Of a stretch of DNA of 64,000 nt, positions 1 to 11,699 are shown piece after piece. The notes beneath the pieces are model-generated. The model was given only the letters and a program-made list of their open reading frames with translations. It ran no database searches and was not told where the DNA came from. How positions within the stretch are numbered: the stretch's first letter is position 1; every line of letters begins with the position of its first letter. Position numbers and translations under genes: made by a program. The DNA is taken from assembly GCF_006345805.1 (NCBI RefSeq), contig NW_021832856.1, positions 1-64,000 of the forward strand, in the 5' to 3' direction. The DNA comes from Octopus sinensis. Taxonomy: Eukaryota.

Positions 1-360
1 TGTACAGTATGTATATATATATATATACACATTTCTATATATGTATATACAAATATAAACATATATTTATATATATATATATATATATATACATATGTAT
101 ATACATATATATACATACGTATGTATATATATATATATATATATAAATATACACACACACACACGCATATGTATATATATATATGTGTGTGTATATATTT
201 ATACATATACATATAGCGCATTAAATCTGCAAAATAAAAGTATCCACGTATGTGTGTGTGTGTGTGTATATATATACATGTATGTTTGTATACAAACATA
301 CAAACTCACACAGCTACTCACATACATACACATGACATATGCTGACTCCTTTCTTTACGC
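1..360. repeat. Compound (TA)n/(CA)n/(TG)n microsatellite
   Basis: Direct reading; ORF 95..367 is a translation artefact of it. Confidence 0.95.
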
Positions 361-869
361 ACATTAAATTGACATTAGAGGTATTTGAGGATTGAAGAGA
401 GAATTAAATTATACGTCACGGGGAGAAATGGCGGCTAAACGCGTAAAAAAGAAACGAAAACCATTCCAAAGAATACAAAAATAACCGCCCAACATGACAG
501 AGAAGAAATGCTAAAAGATGTGATGCAATGGCTATAGTTAAAAGAGTATAAAATATATTCATACGAATAAATAACGTTCTTGGTTTATTTGGTGCCTTTT
601 TATATTTTGGCGAAATTTTATTGAAATTTCTGTCGTTTTATTCCTGTAGTTTATCTTCCACGTTAAATCTGATGATTCTAATTCGCTAACTGGCGCCTTG
701 TGATAGATATACATTTATCTGCACACCCCACAAGATATCGATACCACGACGACCAGCAGCAACAATAGCAATAATAATAATAATAGTAAAAATCACCACC
801 ACAATAACAAGAGCAAAATTTGTAAGGAAAAGAAGCAAATATTCTTGGAATATGTGTTTTATTGCGTGA

Positions 870-901
<32 letters not shown>

Positions 902-1583
902 GTGGAATGTATGTGTGCACACATTGATACACATACACGCGCATTCACACTTATGATCTATGTGTATATATATATGTGTGTACATAAATGCGCACACATA
1001 TGCGTATATGTGTGTACACACCTGCATACAAACGCGCTCGTGCGCACGCACACACATGTATATATGTATATCGACTGATGACGTCCTTATATACAAACGG
1101 TGCTGAATATTTCCAGTTTATAAATTTTATTCAGAATATAGTTTTTTGAATGGTTCTGTCAAACTAAAAGTGTGGCGGCAGCGTTTATTCAAACGATAGG
1201 AGTCGAGAAGTAGCGTGAAAATTTATATGAAAATATATTTACAGATACATTGAAATATCATTAACGAAATTCATATTATTTCATTATTTAAATTTTCCAG
1301 CGATGAACTTGTGGTATTTTCATTTATTCACGAACAAAATCCTGTGTTGCTTTAATGTATTTACTATCACATGTATATATCATATATCATCCGCTAGGGC
1401 ATGTCAGATGCATGTTCTCATGTATTTGTTAGCTTCAATCAATTCTCTGTGTAATATTTACAGATCATGTCTCGATATGTAAAAGAATATTTTTGTATTT
1501 ACATTCTCACTGCTTTCCTATATCAATAAAATAATCTCTCTAACCTGGAACTCTGAGTTTCAGACCAAAAAACTTCAATTTCA

Positions 1584-1584
<1 letters not shown>

Positions 1585-1647
<63 letters not shown>

Positions 1648-1855
1648 GTGATGATTTCAAATTTTGGACAAGGCCAGCAATTTCGGGGAGGGGCGTAAGT
1701 CGATTGTATCGACACCAGTACTCAACGGGTACTTATTTTATCGACGCCAAAAGGATGAAAGCAAAGTCAGCCTTTGAAATCAGAATGTATAGACGGACAA
1801 GATACCGCCAAGCATTTTTTCCGGCATGCTAACGACTTTGCTAGTTCACCACCTT
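1585..1855 (-). mobile_element. tRNA-derived SINE, family A, with (ATT)n tail
   Basis: Shares the recurrent core gtacttattttatcgac...aaaggatgaaag.caaagtc with copies at 6.1-6.6, 11.3, 33.3-34.1 and 45.7 kb. Minus strand starts with a degenerate tRNA-like head; the (AAT)n run at 1585-1645 is the tail. Confidence 0.8.
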
Positions 1856-1873
1856 AACAACAACAACAACATA

Positions 1874-4078
1874 TGATTTTACAGTCATTTTCCTACGTTT
1901 GTCATTCAATTTGAGAATCGAGTCATTCAAAGTCGCGCAAAAGATTAGCGCCATGATGTGAGTCCTTCAAATTCGCTTTTCGATCATTCAATTTCGCACT
2001 TCGGACAAAGAATTTAGCATCTACATCATTCAGATTAAAATGCCCGTCGAGAGATTCTCAAATTAGTCTTTTCGAACATTCAGCTTCGTTTCGGAGCAAT
2101 TTATTTAAACACTTCGAACATTCAAATTAGCACGATAGCTGTTTTGCTTTTATCTCATGATCATTGTTATCATAATCATGTGTTTTCATACATTGTTTAT
2201 GCTTTACGCTCGCTATCTTTTCTATGCATTCTTTTATTTTTGTATAGGTACACGTATTTATTGTTAAAGACTTCATGAAATTGCATTGCAGCCACTTCAA
2301 TCGTTTTAAAGAAACAATTACAACAAATGCTCATTTTCTTTGATTTTGAATACAATATGTTGTGATGTGTGTTTCTCATTTGCATATGTATTGTTGGGAA
2401 AAGTATATATATTTTTTTGATTTTGCATTTTTTCTTTCATCAGAGAAAGGGTGATATATACACTAAGATAAGTATTGGTTTATAGTCTTGATATGGAAAG
2501 TTCGTTTGAGAGGATTTAAACGTCTATTTTCTGGCGGTCGAGGCATCCCGGGAGGTAGGTCAGGGTGTGTCTATACCAACGAAAGCAATTTTCTGAAGTG
2601 ATAACGTCGATGCTACGCCTTGCAACCAGTTGTATGACATGTGCTTGCCATTCTTTCGTAGCCATGCCGGCTTCTTCTGCAGATGCCCGTTCGCCAACCC
2701 TTTGCTGAAACTCAGCTCGAGCGAGGTCCCGCTTTACAGTCGCTTTAAAGGTAGAATTCGCCATTTCCGTACAATTAAGAAACGGCGAGTAAGGAGGCAA
2801 GAGTTTCAAACTGATCCGCAGGTCAGCGTCAGCTGGGAGCTCGGCAGGGACATGTGGCCGTGCGTTGTCCTTGATCAAGTAGACAGATTCATCTGCTGAG
2901 ACATGTCGGCACATGCTCGAATTGTTTCCATGAAAAACTCTTCGAAAGAGTTTCCTGTAACGGTATCGCTCACAATAGAGTGGCGAACCAGGCCGATTTC
3001 TCCCGACACCGCGAAAATGATGTTACGGTTTTTCCCACGCTGACGGTGGATAACTCGGCGAACAGGAACGCCTCGAGGGGCTCGTCCAAAAGAACACCTG
3101 GTTCAAATGTTGTACCTACATTCATCAATAAATACGTAGTGGCCAACGACTCCCTCTTCCATGAACCAATGCGCGTACCCATAACGCTTTTGCAGAGATT
3201 TTAGGGGTATTTCTTGCATCTAGGACGTCTTCGGCCAACTTCATAGTTATCAACACCCCATCTAGAGCCCGTGAGATTGCAGACATGGAAGCAGGCAGCT
3301 TTCCGGACAATACTGCCTCTAAGTCCCTCTAAATCTGTTGAAGGGTTGCGAGTGGGTTGGCATCAATAATCACCTGAAGTCTAGCTCCCATTTTCTCATC
3401 AACCTTAACGTGGTGAGCACCTCCTCTGGGCAACTTGTGGCACCTCCCAGACCGTATGTATATCACTACTATGGATCGGGTAGTACTCTTTTTAATGCCA
3501 AGAGTGTCTGACAGTTTCAGGTAACCGGTTTGATGCCCCTGGGAGGCGTCAGCCAGCCTTGCCTATCTTCGTCCGATATATGCATGTATCTTACATGTGG
3601 CTCCATGATTACAAGTTGGTGTCAGAGAAAGGGATATAGGATGCAACTGATGCCGACCAGTTACGAATATTGCAAAGGAAAAGACTTTCGTGGACAGAAG
3701 AATCACATTCTTCCTTGTAGCTATAAGAACATAAGATTTGCATGACAAAACATGTCATTTAAATTTGTCATTTTTAACATTCACTTCTTAGAATGTGAGT
3801 AAAAAAAAACACATGTAGAATTAGTGCTAAATTGAATAAACTTATTCCGAACTCGAACGCTCTCGTGCGAATTTGAATGTTCGAAAAGAGGATTCCTCGC
3901 ATTCTGACTAATTTGAGAATCTCTCGACTGGCGATTGAATTTGGATGATGTAAATGCTGAATTCTTCGAAACTGAATGATCGACAATCGAATTCGAATGA
4001 CTATCTTCATGGCGTTAATTTTTCTCGACTTTGAACGACCCGATTATAAAATTGAATGACAAAATGACTGCAAAAACC
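1874..4078 (-). mobile_element. Full-length decayed IS630-Tc1-mariner DNA transposon with about 250-bp TIRs and TA target duplication
   Basis: 1874-2135 is the reverse complement of 3830-4078 (e.g. cagtcatttt..gtcattcaattt; gtcgagagattctcaaattagtc; cttttcgaacattca). TA occurs at 1872-1873 and 4079-4080. A transposase remnant lies between the TIRs. Confidence 0.9.
2516..3520 (-). pseudogene. DDE (DDE_3/IS630-Tc1-like) transposase pseudogene
   Basis: Manual translation gives an HTH-like N-terminus (TLGIKKSTTRSIV...SAISRALDG..TMKLAEDVLDARNT), YVFIDE (3121-3138), FGRAPRG, DNARPH and LPPYSPFLNCTE. There is an in-frame TGA at 3103-3105, a 2-bp frameshift near 2913 and a further frameshift near 3200. 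Confidence 0.9.
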
Positions 4079-4106
4079 TATAATAATAATGGTGATGATG
4101 ATGATG

Positions 4107-4139
<33 letters not shown>

Positions 4140-4172
4140 TAATAATAGTAATAATAATAATACTAATAATAA

Positions 4173-4412
4173 TTGGCACAACACAAATACAAAAGAAGCC
4201 CTGACAATGTGGCAAGAATAATTTATTGGAAATCACGGCCGGCAAAGAACAAAGACGTGGTATGAGCAAACCCCAGGTGTAACCGAGAATAAGAATTGCA
4301 AAATCCTGTGGGATGCAATGATTCAGTGTGATCACCTGACCGGACATCGGAAACCGGACATTGTTGTGGTGAAAATAAAAAGAAAGAGCATGCATGATAA
4401 TCAACATAGCAA
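4173..4412 (+). mobile_element. R4/Dong-clade non-LTR retrotransposon fragment (restriction-like endonuclease region)
   Basis: Frameshifted translation LAQHKYKRSPDNVARIIYWK...WYEQTP.GVTENKNCKILWDAMIQCDHLTGHRKPDIVVV..KERACMIINIA matches the RHD / KILWD / RPD-x-IID RLE signature. It begins directly after a (TAA)n run, the known Dong target type. Confidence 0.85.
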
Positions 4413-5006
4413 TGACCCCACCTTCGAATTTAAACGGTTCTGGTTCCCGGTGAAACTAAGTTTCGCTATGTCAATAAACAAATATCAGGGACAGTCTCTC
4501 AAGGCTTTTGGACTTCATCTTGCTTCTTGCTTCTCTCGTGGGCAGTTATATGTAGAATATTCACGACTTGGAAGTCCCCCAAATCTTTTCATGCATACAC
4601 CAATTAAAGGACACACTCAAAACAGTGTACATTTAGAAGCTTTAGATAATTAAACTGCGATTATTTTCCGGATTTGTTTCAAATACATTTGTTTATGCAT
4701 TTATTAACAGGAGAGGAGCGCCCGGAGGGCGATTCTTCCCAAGTTTATGCATTTTCAGGTTCAACGTGTGTGAAATAAGTACTGACAATTGAAGGTGGTT
4801 GCAAAGTCAAAGAACCAACTGCTTTTTAAACAATTTTAACAGTGAGAACATCGGACAAATCATGTTATTCCCAGATACATTTGCTACCTCAGCTAATAGC
4901 TGTTGGGAGCTGCATAAGCCATGTTTCATGGTGGTTAGAGATTTAAAAGGCAATTTTAAGTTTCATTATTTTCTTTAACCCAAGGAAAGCCGGGTATTTC
5001 TGCTAG
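4413..5006 (+). mobile_element. Helitron 3' fragment (Pif1-like helicase C-terminus plus 3' terminus)
   Basis: FEFKRFWFPVKLSFAMSINKYQGQSLK..GLHL..CFSRGQLYVEYSR is the Helitron helicase motif V/VI pattern, ending at stop 4653. A degenerate hairpin (acccaaggaaagccgggt, about 4978-4995) precedes terminal CTAG at 5003-5006, which is followed by T. Confidence 0.85.
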
Positions 5007-5224
5007 TGATAAATAAACATATTAAAAAGCAAACAAAATCTAACAGTAACAACAATAAAAAAAAATAACAAAGAAGAATTAAGGCACGTTTTATGGAGAC
5101 TATCCATTTGGCTCCTTCTTTTACCAATAAGATATCAAGTGGTTTATATGTACTGTTGCACTGAAAGTAGCAGTTGTTATGCTACCATTGCAGTCGAGCT
5201 TGTTAATATGAGGGAGGTGGAGGA

Positions 5225-5227
5225 GGA

Positions 5228-5307
<80 letters not shown>
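5225..5307 (+). repeat. (GAAA)n tetranucleotide microsatellite
   Basis: Direct reading; explains the KKERKKER ORF. Confidence 0.95.
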
Positions 5308-5308
<1 letters not shown>

Positions 5309-5621
5309 CGCGGTGAGAAGGAAATCATTATCTTCTTATAATAGCGTCTTCTGTATGACTTTGGTCCATAAGAGGAGAAAAGCATCGGCTTTGCTTAATA
5401 TCGAGATTATTATAGATTCGGTTTGGTTCAGCTTTAGCCAATGTCCATTCTAGCGAATATATCGATCTACGAGTCACATTGCGACAGCATTAGCGGTTTA
5501 CCAATGTCTGTGTGATATCGAACACTTACTTTGCCTTATTGCTTTGTGTGTGTTTATGTGTGTGTCTGTGTGGGTGTATATGAATCAACGTGTGCATGTG
5601 TATATATATAAGTGTACATGA

Positions 5622-5665
<44 letters not shown>

Positions 5666-6095
5666 CATATTTACTTTGCTGATAATCCTCTTTACTCTTG
5701 GCATGTCACACTTTTGCCGCCGTTCCATTTCGATCGATCCGCTGCACTTTGGTAAAGCGCTACTTCTGCAACTGCAGTCGGTGTTATCGAAGAAAAACTC
5801 CGCAGACATTCTAAGAGATTTATTTTCTGAAGCGTTGACATTGTTCACACCGTCTACTGGTGTTTATCATCATCATTATTATTATTATTATTATTGTTTA
5901 TTTTTGCAGTTTTCGAGGTAGATGGAGTTCAAAAGATTATCCGATAGTTTTAGCACTGGATAATGATAAAACGGTAAGTGTTCCGGAATGGTAACAAAAA
6001 GAAAAAAAAAATCAACAAATTATTTGCCAATGGAGATTCTATCTCATCTAACTTAAGTGGATAAATGGGAAAATGGTTGAATGACTCAGAGCATG

Positions 6096-6122
6096 AATAA
6101 TAATAATAATAATAATGATAAC

Positions 6123-6155
<33 letters not shown>

Positions 6156-6358
6156 TTCCCTTTTTGGCACAAGGTCAACAATTTGAGGGGAAGCGCAAGT
6201 CGATTACATCGATCCTAATGATCATTTGGTGCTTATTTTATCGACTCTGAATGAATGAAACGAAAGGCGGCCCCGGCGGTATTTTGAACTGAGAACAGGG
6301 AACGGACGAGACGCGACTAAACACTTAACCCGGCTCACTAACGATTCTGCCAGCTCAC
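6096..6358 (-). mobile_element. SINE family A copy with (ATT)n tail
   Basis: ggcacaagg...agtcgattacatcga...cttattttatcgac...tttgaactgagaac...ctaacgattctgccagctc. Confidence 0.8.
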
Positions 6359-6389
6359 AACATTAATGAAAACAATAAAGACAAGCCTT

Positions 6390-6560
6390 TTTTAGCATAG
6401 GCACAAGTCCTGAAATTTTGAAGGAGGTGGGTGGCTGATTGCTTCGCCCCTAGGAGTTGTCTGGTACCTATTACTTCATAGACTCCGAAAGCATGGGAAG
6501 CAAAGTCGACCTTGGCAAATTTGAACAAGGAAACGTAAAGAGACGGACAAAATGCTACTA
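6390..6560 (-). mobile_element. SINE family A copy (tandem to previous)
   Basis: taggcacaagtcctgaaattttg...caaagtcgaccttggcaaatttgaac...gtaaagagacggacaaaatgc. Confidence 0.7.
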
Positions 6561-6804
6561 CTAAATTTACCCCCATTAGAAGAGGAACATTCCAAGGAAA
6601 CTCGCTCTCTCAAATACCCATCCAATATCCACTAGAACATACTAACATATCAGTACCCACCCGTCAACTCATATGTATGTATGTGTGCTTGTATGTACGT
6701 ATGTATGTATGTATGTGTATATGTATGTGTGTATGCATGTATTATATATGTGCTCCAGCATGTCCTTAAGGTTGAAACATGCAAAAGAATAAAAGAATAT
6801 GTGC

Positions 6805-6839
<35 letters not shown>

Positions 6840-6981
6840 CATATACACACGCCCACATGTATGTGTGTGTGTCTATACACACATATATACATGTGGGTGT
6901 GTATAGACACACACATATATGTGTGTACATATACACGCACACACATATATGTATATATAAGTGTGTATGTGAACGTGTGTA

Positions 6982-7243
6982 CGAGGAATGTTTATAAAAG
7001 ATTTCCCCTAACCCACATGTCAAGGACTGGGATAAACGAAACTTTATTACTCCTTCTCTACATACCCAGCATCAAAGGTGACACACTTCTCCCATCGCTT
7101 TATGCAGCTGCGAAGACCTCCTCAGTAGACGTCGGTAGGCTGTATCTCGAGCTAAGACTTTACCTCTTCGACAAAAACGTCATGGTTGGAAAGAGATGGA
7201 ACGCCCGGAAGTGGGTCGGGGAAAATCTTTAATGAACACCCCT

Positions 7244-7247
<4 letters not shown>
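6982..7247 (-). mobile_element. Mariner-derived MITE retaining transposase C-terminus
   Basis: Imperfect TIRs (ta)cgaggaatgtttataaaagatttcccc and ggggaaaatctttaatgaacacccctc. Minus strand translates ...EVKS*LEIQPTDVY*GGLRSCIKRWEKCVTFDAGYVEKE*, matching the mariner C-terminal RW.KC...G.YVEK motif. Confidence 0.85.
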
Positions 7248-7284
<37 letters not shown>

Positions 7285-8522
7285 TATATATATATAATAC
7301 ATCAGGTACAGGACAACTTACCAAAAAGTACATAAGAAGAACAATACAATCACCAACGAGTGAAAAATTCGTAAATATATGATGAGAGACAAGTACGGGA
7401 CAAATTACCAAAAGAAGTCCAACCCCTTTTCTGTTCTCGACTTTTAATTACTCCCTATTTCCAGCTTTCAACGACAATATAGAAAAACTTCATAAAACAG
7501 CAGCATTCAGAAATATAGGTACATATGCCACACGACACAGAATTCTCAGTATTTCCTTTTTTTCTCCTTTCTCCTTGTCCCCCCCCCTTCTGTCTTCCTT
7601 GCACTCTTATGCGCTTTTGTCTTTCTAATGTACATCATCACCATCATCGTTATTATCATCATCATCATCATTCACTTCTTATTTGCTTCTTTCCCCCAAT
7701 CACCCCACCATCACTTCTGAGCTCTTCACAGTTCACTGTACCTCCCCCCCGCCGTAAATCTACCCCAATTAAACCATGGAATATTTCGCAACTCCTTCCG
7801 CATTATCAACTCATTGTAACCCTTAATATTGTGGCTGCTGTTACATTATTTTTACATCGTTGTTGTTGCTTTGTTCTTTTTCCTGTTCACATTATAATCA
7901 TTTTTTGTTATTTTTGTTTTTCCCCCCACCTCAAACAAAATCTTCCTGTTTGCTCGCACGCACCCCACCCCACCCCAATATACACACACACAGAGTCACG
8001 CACATATGAGAGTACGTGTGTATTTGTGTGTGTGTGTGCCTCTGAGTGTGTGAGTGCGTGCCTAGTATGTGTACGTGCCTATGTATGTGTGTAGGTACCT
8101 GTATAGGAGTGTGCCACTTTAACCTGTTATCTAACGACTTAATATCATCCGTAGAATATTAGAAGTCACTGTCGAATTTCCCTAGCAGTTCAGTGAACGA
8201 AATCAGAATATATATATACATATATATATATATACATATATATATACATATATATATATATATTATATATATATATACATATATATACATACATATATAT
8301 ACATATATATACATACATATATATACATATATACATACATATATATACATACATATTATACATATATATACATATATATATATATATACATATATATATA
8401 TTTATATATATATACATATATATACATATATATATTATATATATATAAAGAGAAAATGCAACAACGCGAGGACATGAAACATGTATAGTGTTATTGGACG
8501 CCTAGGAAAGAAAGAAGGAGGA

Positions 8523-8556
8523 TTTAACGTTTCGAGCGGAGATCTTCGTCAGAAAC
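8523..8556 (-). ncRNA. Minimal hammerhead-ribozyme-like motif in a Penelope-terminus-like short repeat (unit about 8440-8640)
   Basis: Minus strand guuu-CUGACGA-A-gauc-ucc-gcuc-GAAA-CG-UU-aaau. Stem II has one mismatch and H17 is U. Confidence 0.55.
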
Positions 8557-9589
8557 ATAGGAAAAGGAAAGATCCAAGGAAGGGAAGACGGAGAAAGAAA
8601 ATCGCCAACGATACAAACGCGGTCACACGCACACATATACAAGTGCACGTCTGTATCTTCAGCCGCGACAGACTTAGCCAACACAAGATATAGAGCGATA
8701 TACTGTGTAATCAAAGTTAGATATACGCCAGGATTTTTAATGTTACATTCAATCTGTAAACATTCACTTTATACCAACCGTCGTATGACCAGAGTTAAAT
8801 GTTTAAATGTTGTTGTGTCGTCATTCAATCAGATTGTGCTAAATTAATTTGCTTCGATTTTGAAATAATGTCTATATTCACGAGTGTCAATCGGGTGTTG
8901 AAATAATCAATATCGTATTCTGGATGTATTTAATCTGCATATATTATCGACTTTATCTCCCTTAGCCTTTTTTTCTTATTCTCTCAACCTGTCAAAAACA
9001 ACTCCATGACGCTTACTATCGTCAAATTAACTCTACTATGGCGCCGGTACGTTCCTTTAATCTGCATTTTATGACACACACACACACACACATGTATTAT
9101 CTTTACCTGTAAAACTGCCAACTCAAGTGCCAAGAATTTTGTTGAAAATGTTAGAATATGAAATCAATATTGCGTAAAATATCGAACGCAATAAATATTC
9201 AATATTCGCCACAATAAAAAGAAAAGCCCGTTAAATTATCGTGTGGTAATAGAGATTTTCAAAAACTTTCTTACATATTGATGCATGCGTAAATGCAATT
9301 CAGCATATTTAATTACTTACCCCCTTCCCAGTCGCACATAAATGCCTGCGCGCGCACACACACACACACACACCACAACCACACAGTCGCATGTATTTAA
9401 ATATTTACATTCGCACTATACACTGCAATGTTATATACGAACAAGAGAGGTTTATAGACGCACACATGAATATATAAAACCATATTATAATCAGGCATAC
9501 ATAGGTGCATATGCGTGCGAGTACTTACATACATACATGCACACAAAATAAAACACAAATAAATAAATAAATATAAATGATTAGAGTTT

Positions 9590-10322
9590 TATTTTTTTTG
9601 AGAGAGTTCAAACCGATCGCTTTCAAAGTGACAAAATGTTTTGAATTAAGAGAGTTCCCGTTTTTTATAAATATGTGCTTGAGTTGTTGTGTTGTTAAGA
9701 CTGCCGATGCATTCACCCAAGTGCATGTAATCGTATAAAAATCTCCAAAGGAGAATTTTTGGAAAGTCTTACAATTCTTCACCGTGCCACTAAAACATTG
9801 GATTTAGAGAGTCCATGTCTGTTTCTTTTACTCTTTCCCCGTGAAACTGAGTATTTCTATATTTTTGTGAAAATCTTTTGCTACACAACCTAATTCACCT
9901 ATCATAACAGGAACAAATTAAAATTCAAAATCAGAGTACACGAGCTGTAAACTCCGCATTAATTCGCCATCATTGTTCTCCTTTTCCTTGACTTTTGATT
10001 TTACATTCACATCTGATGGGCAGCTGACCTCTGCAACAGTGCATGACTTTCGCTCCCTGTCCCACAGAACAATATCAAGTCTGTTATTTTGGGATCAGTA
10101 CTGGCACTGCAAATGCATTGTGCTATATATTGTTTTGTTGTAAGAGGAGAGTTCCGACTACCATAATTTCCTGTGTCTCGTGTAATATTCTTGGGTCCCT
10201 CTATCTTTATTCACAGTGCCTTCATATGATACATTTTCATCAGTGACATTCTTTGTGCAGAATAGGGGAGAAAGAGAGACCGTTGATGCACAGGTTTTGG
10301 GTTTGGGGATTAACTTTCTGAA
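9590..10322 (-). mobile_element. Internally deleted R4-clade LINE copy related to the 23.0-26.0 kb element
   Basis: Minus strand gives DENVSYEGTVNK..QEYYTRHRKLW, AHNAFAVPVL, then a jump to NRLDIVLWDRERKSCTVAEVSCPSDVN...GELMRSLQLVYSDFEF.FVPVMIGELG...GTVKNCKTFQ. These segments are colinear with 24490-24610 and 25430-25770. Confidence 0.85.
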
Positions 10323-10923
10323 TTGTATGTATGTATGTATGTAGGTACGTACGTACGTATGCATGTGTCTAAGCAGGCTATATATGCTTCTTAGCTGATC
10401 CTCTGATGCAACAGTTAATCAACGAGCGATCTCAAATTAGCTAATCATCAGAAAAAAATTTCCTGCTCTTACCTTATAATATATAAACCGCTCTTATTAA
10501 ATGTCTAAATACCTTCAGGGTTTTTAGACATTTCCCTACGAACAGCACTAATTCGAAATTCAGTATACTATATTCTCTTTCAATATATTTAATTAACTAT
10601 CTATATTGAGTTCTCTCTATATAAAGAGCGCTTAATACTGGATTCATTAAGCATGGAAAAACAATATCTAGAAATATGATTTAAAGATATACCCATCCCT
10701 TCTAAAGATACATATTTATTATCCCTGCTCAAACAGCATTCGATTGACTACACAGAAATTCACCCTTTTCTCTCACGAGTGGATGTATTACCTAATAATG
10801 ATTATCAATTTTAGATTTCATTCACGAAACGATCGTAAGATATTTCAAAGCTTTTTAAATAATCATACTTTCTATAAGCATTATTAAATCTCAGAGCGAG
10901 ATGTAAACAGTAACCGCTCGACA

Positions 10924-11252
10924 ATGTAAAGTATAAAAGCCATCTCAATATGGCTAACCACAAAGTGGGGGTGTTACTGTAGCTTTTTAGCCCCAGGAGA
11001 TCATCGTCACCAGCTGGCTTTAGACACACTTTCAGTGCCCTTACCCGTTGATAAGAGACAATAATCTCGAAACCGGCCCGTGCGTATCACTCAGGCTTGC
11101 GAGGAAGGGATGGCCTCCCTTTGCAAATACTTCAAGTGCACTGAAAGGGTGTCTAAAGCCAGCTGGAGACGATGATCTCCTGGGGCTAAAAGGCTACAGT
11201 AACACCCACCCTTAGTGGTTAGCCATATTGAGATGGCTTTTATACTTTACAT
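10924..11252. mobile_element. Fold-back element with about 120-bp inverted arms and a hammerhead-like motif in the spacer
   Basis: atgtaaagtataaaagccatctcaatatggctaaccac...ctttcagtgc (10924-11040) is the reverse complement of 11134-11252 with few mismatches. The spacer contains UUGAUAA-GAGA-caauaa-UCUC-GAAA-CCGG (11048-11076). Confidence 0.85.
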
Positions 11253-11283
11253 ACTTTCTATAATTATCTATTAATACAATATT

Positions 11284-11442
11284 TTTTTTACTCTAGGTAC
11301 AAGTTCCGAAATTTTTGGGAAGGGGTCAATCGATTCTTAATTTATCGACCCCGAAAGGATGAAAGGCAAAGTGTATCTCAGCGGAATTTGAACGCAGAAC
11401 GTAAAGACAGACGAAATATCGCAAAGCATTACGCCCGGCGTG
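11284..11442 (-). mobile_element. 5'-truncated SINE family A copy with 17-bp target-site duplication
   Basis: TCTATTAATACAATATT occurs at 11267-11283 and 11443-11459. There is an A-rich tail on the minus strand and the core tttatcgaccccgaaaggatgaaaggcaaag. Confidence 0.85.
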
Positions 11443-11646
11443 TCTATTAATACAATATTATTTTGGACGTATATCTTCTGTAATGATTTTTTTAATGTAA
11501 ATTTTCCTGCTCTTATTTTATAATATATAATCGCTCTTATTAAATGTTTGAATACCATTTAGGTTTTTCGACATTTCCCTACCAAGAGCACTTATTTGAA
11601 ATTCAGCATATTGTATTTTCATTGAATATATTTGATTAACAATATA

Positions 11647-11695
<49 letters not shown>

Positions 11696-11699
11696 TAGG

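Noticed and set aside
4318-4653. Host Pif1 helicase gene
   Set aside because: Only the C-terminal motifs are present, degenerate, fused to a LINE fragment and followed by a Helitron CTAG end.
7525-8094. 189-aa His/Pro-rich ORF
   Set aside because: Built from (CAT)n, poly-C and (GT)n low-complexity runs; no protein-like signal.
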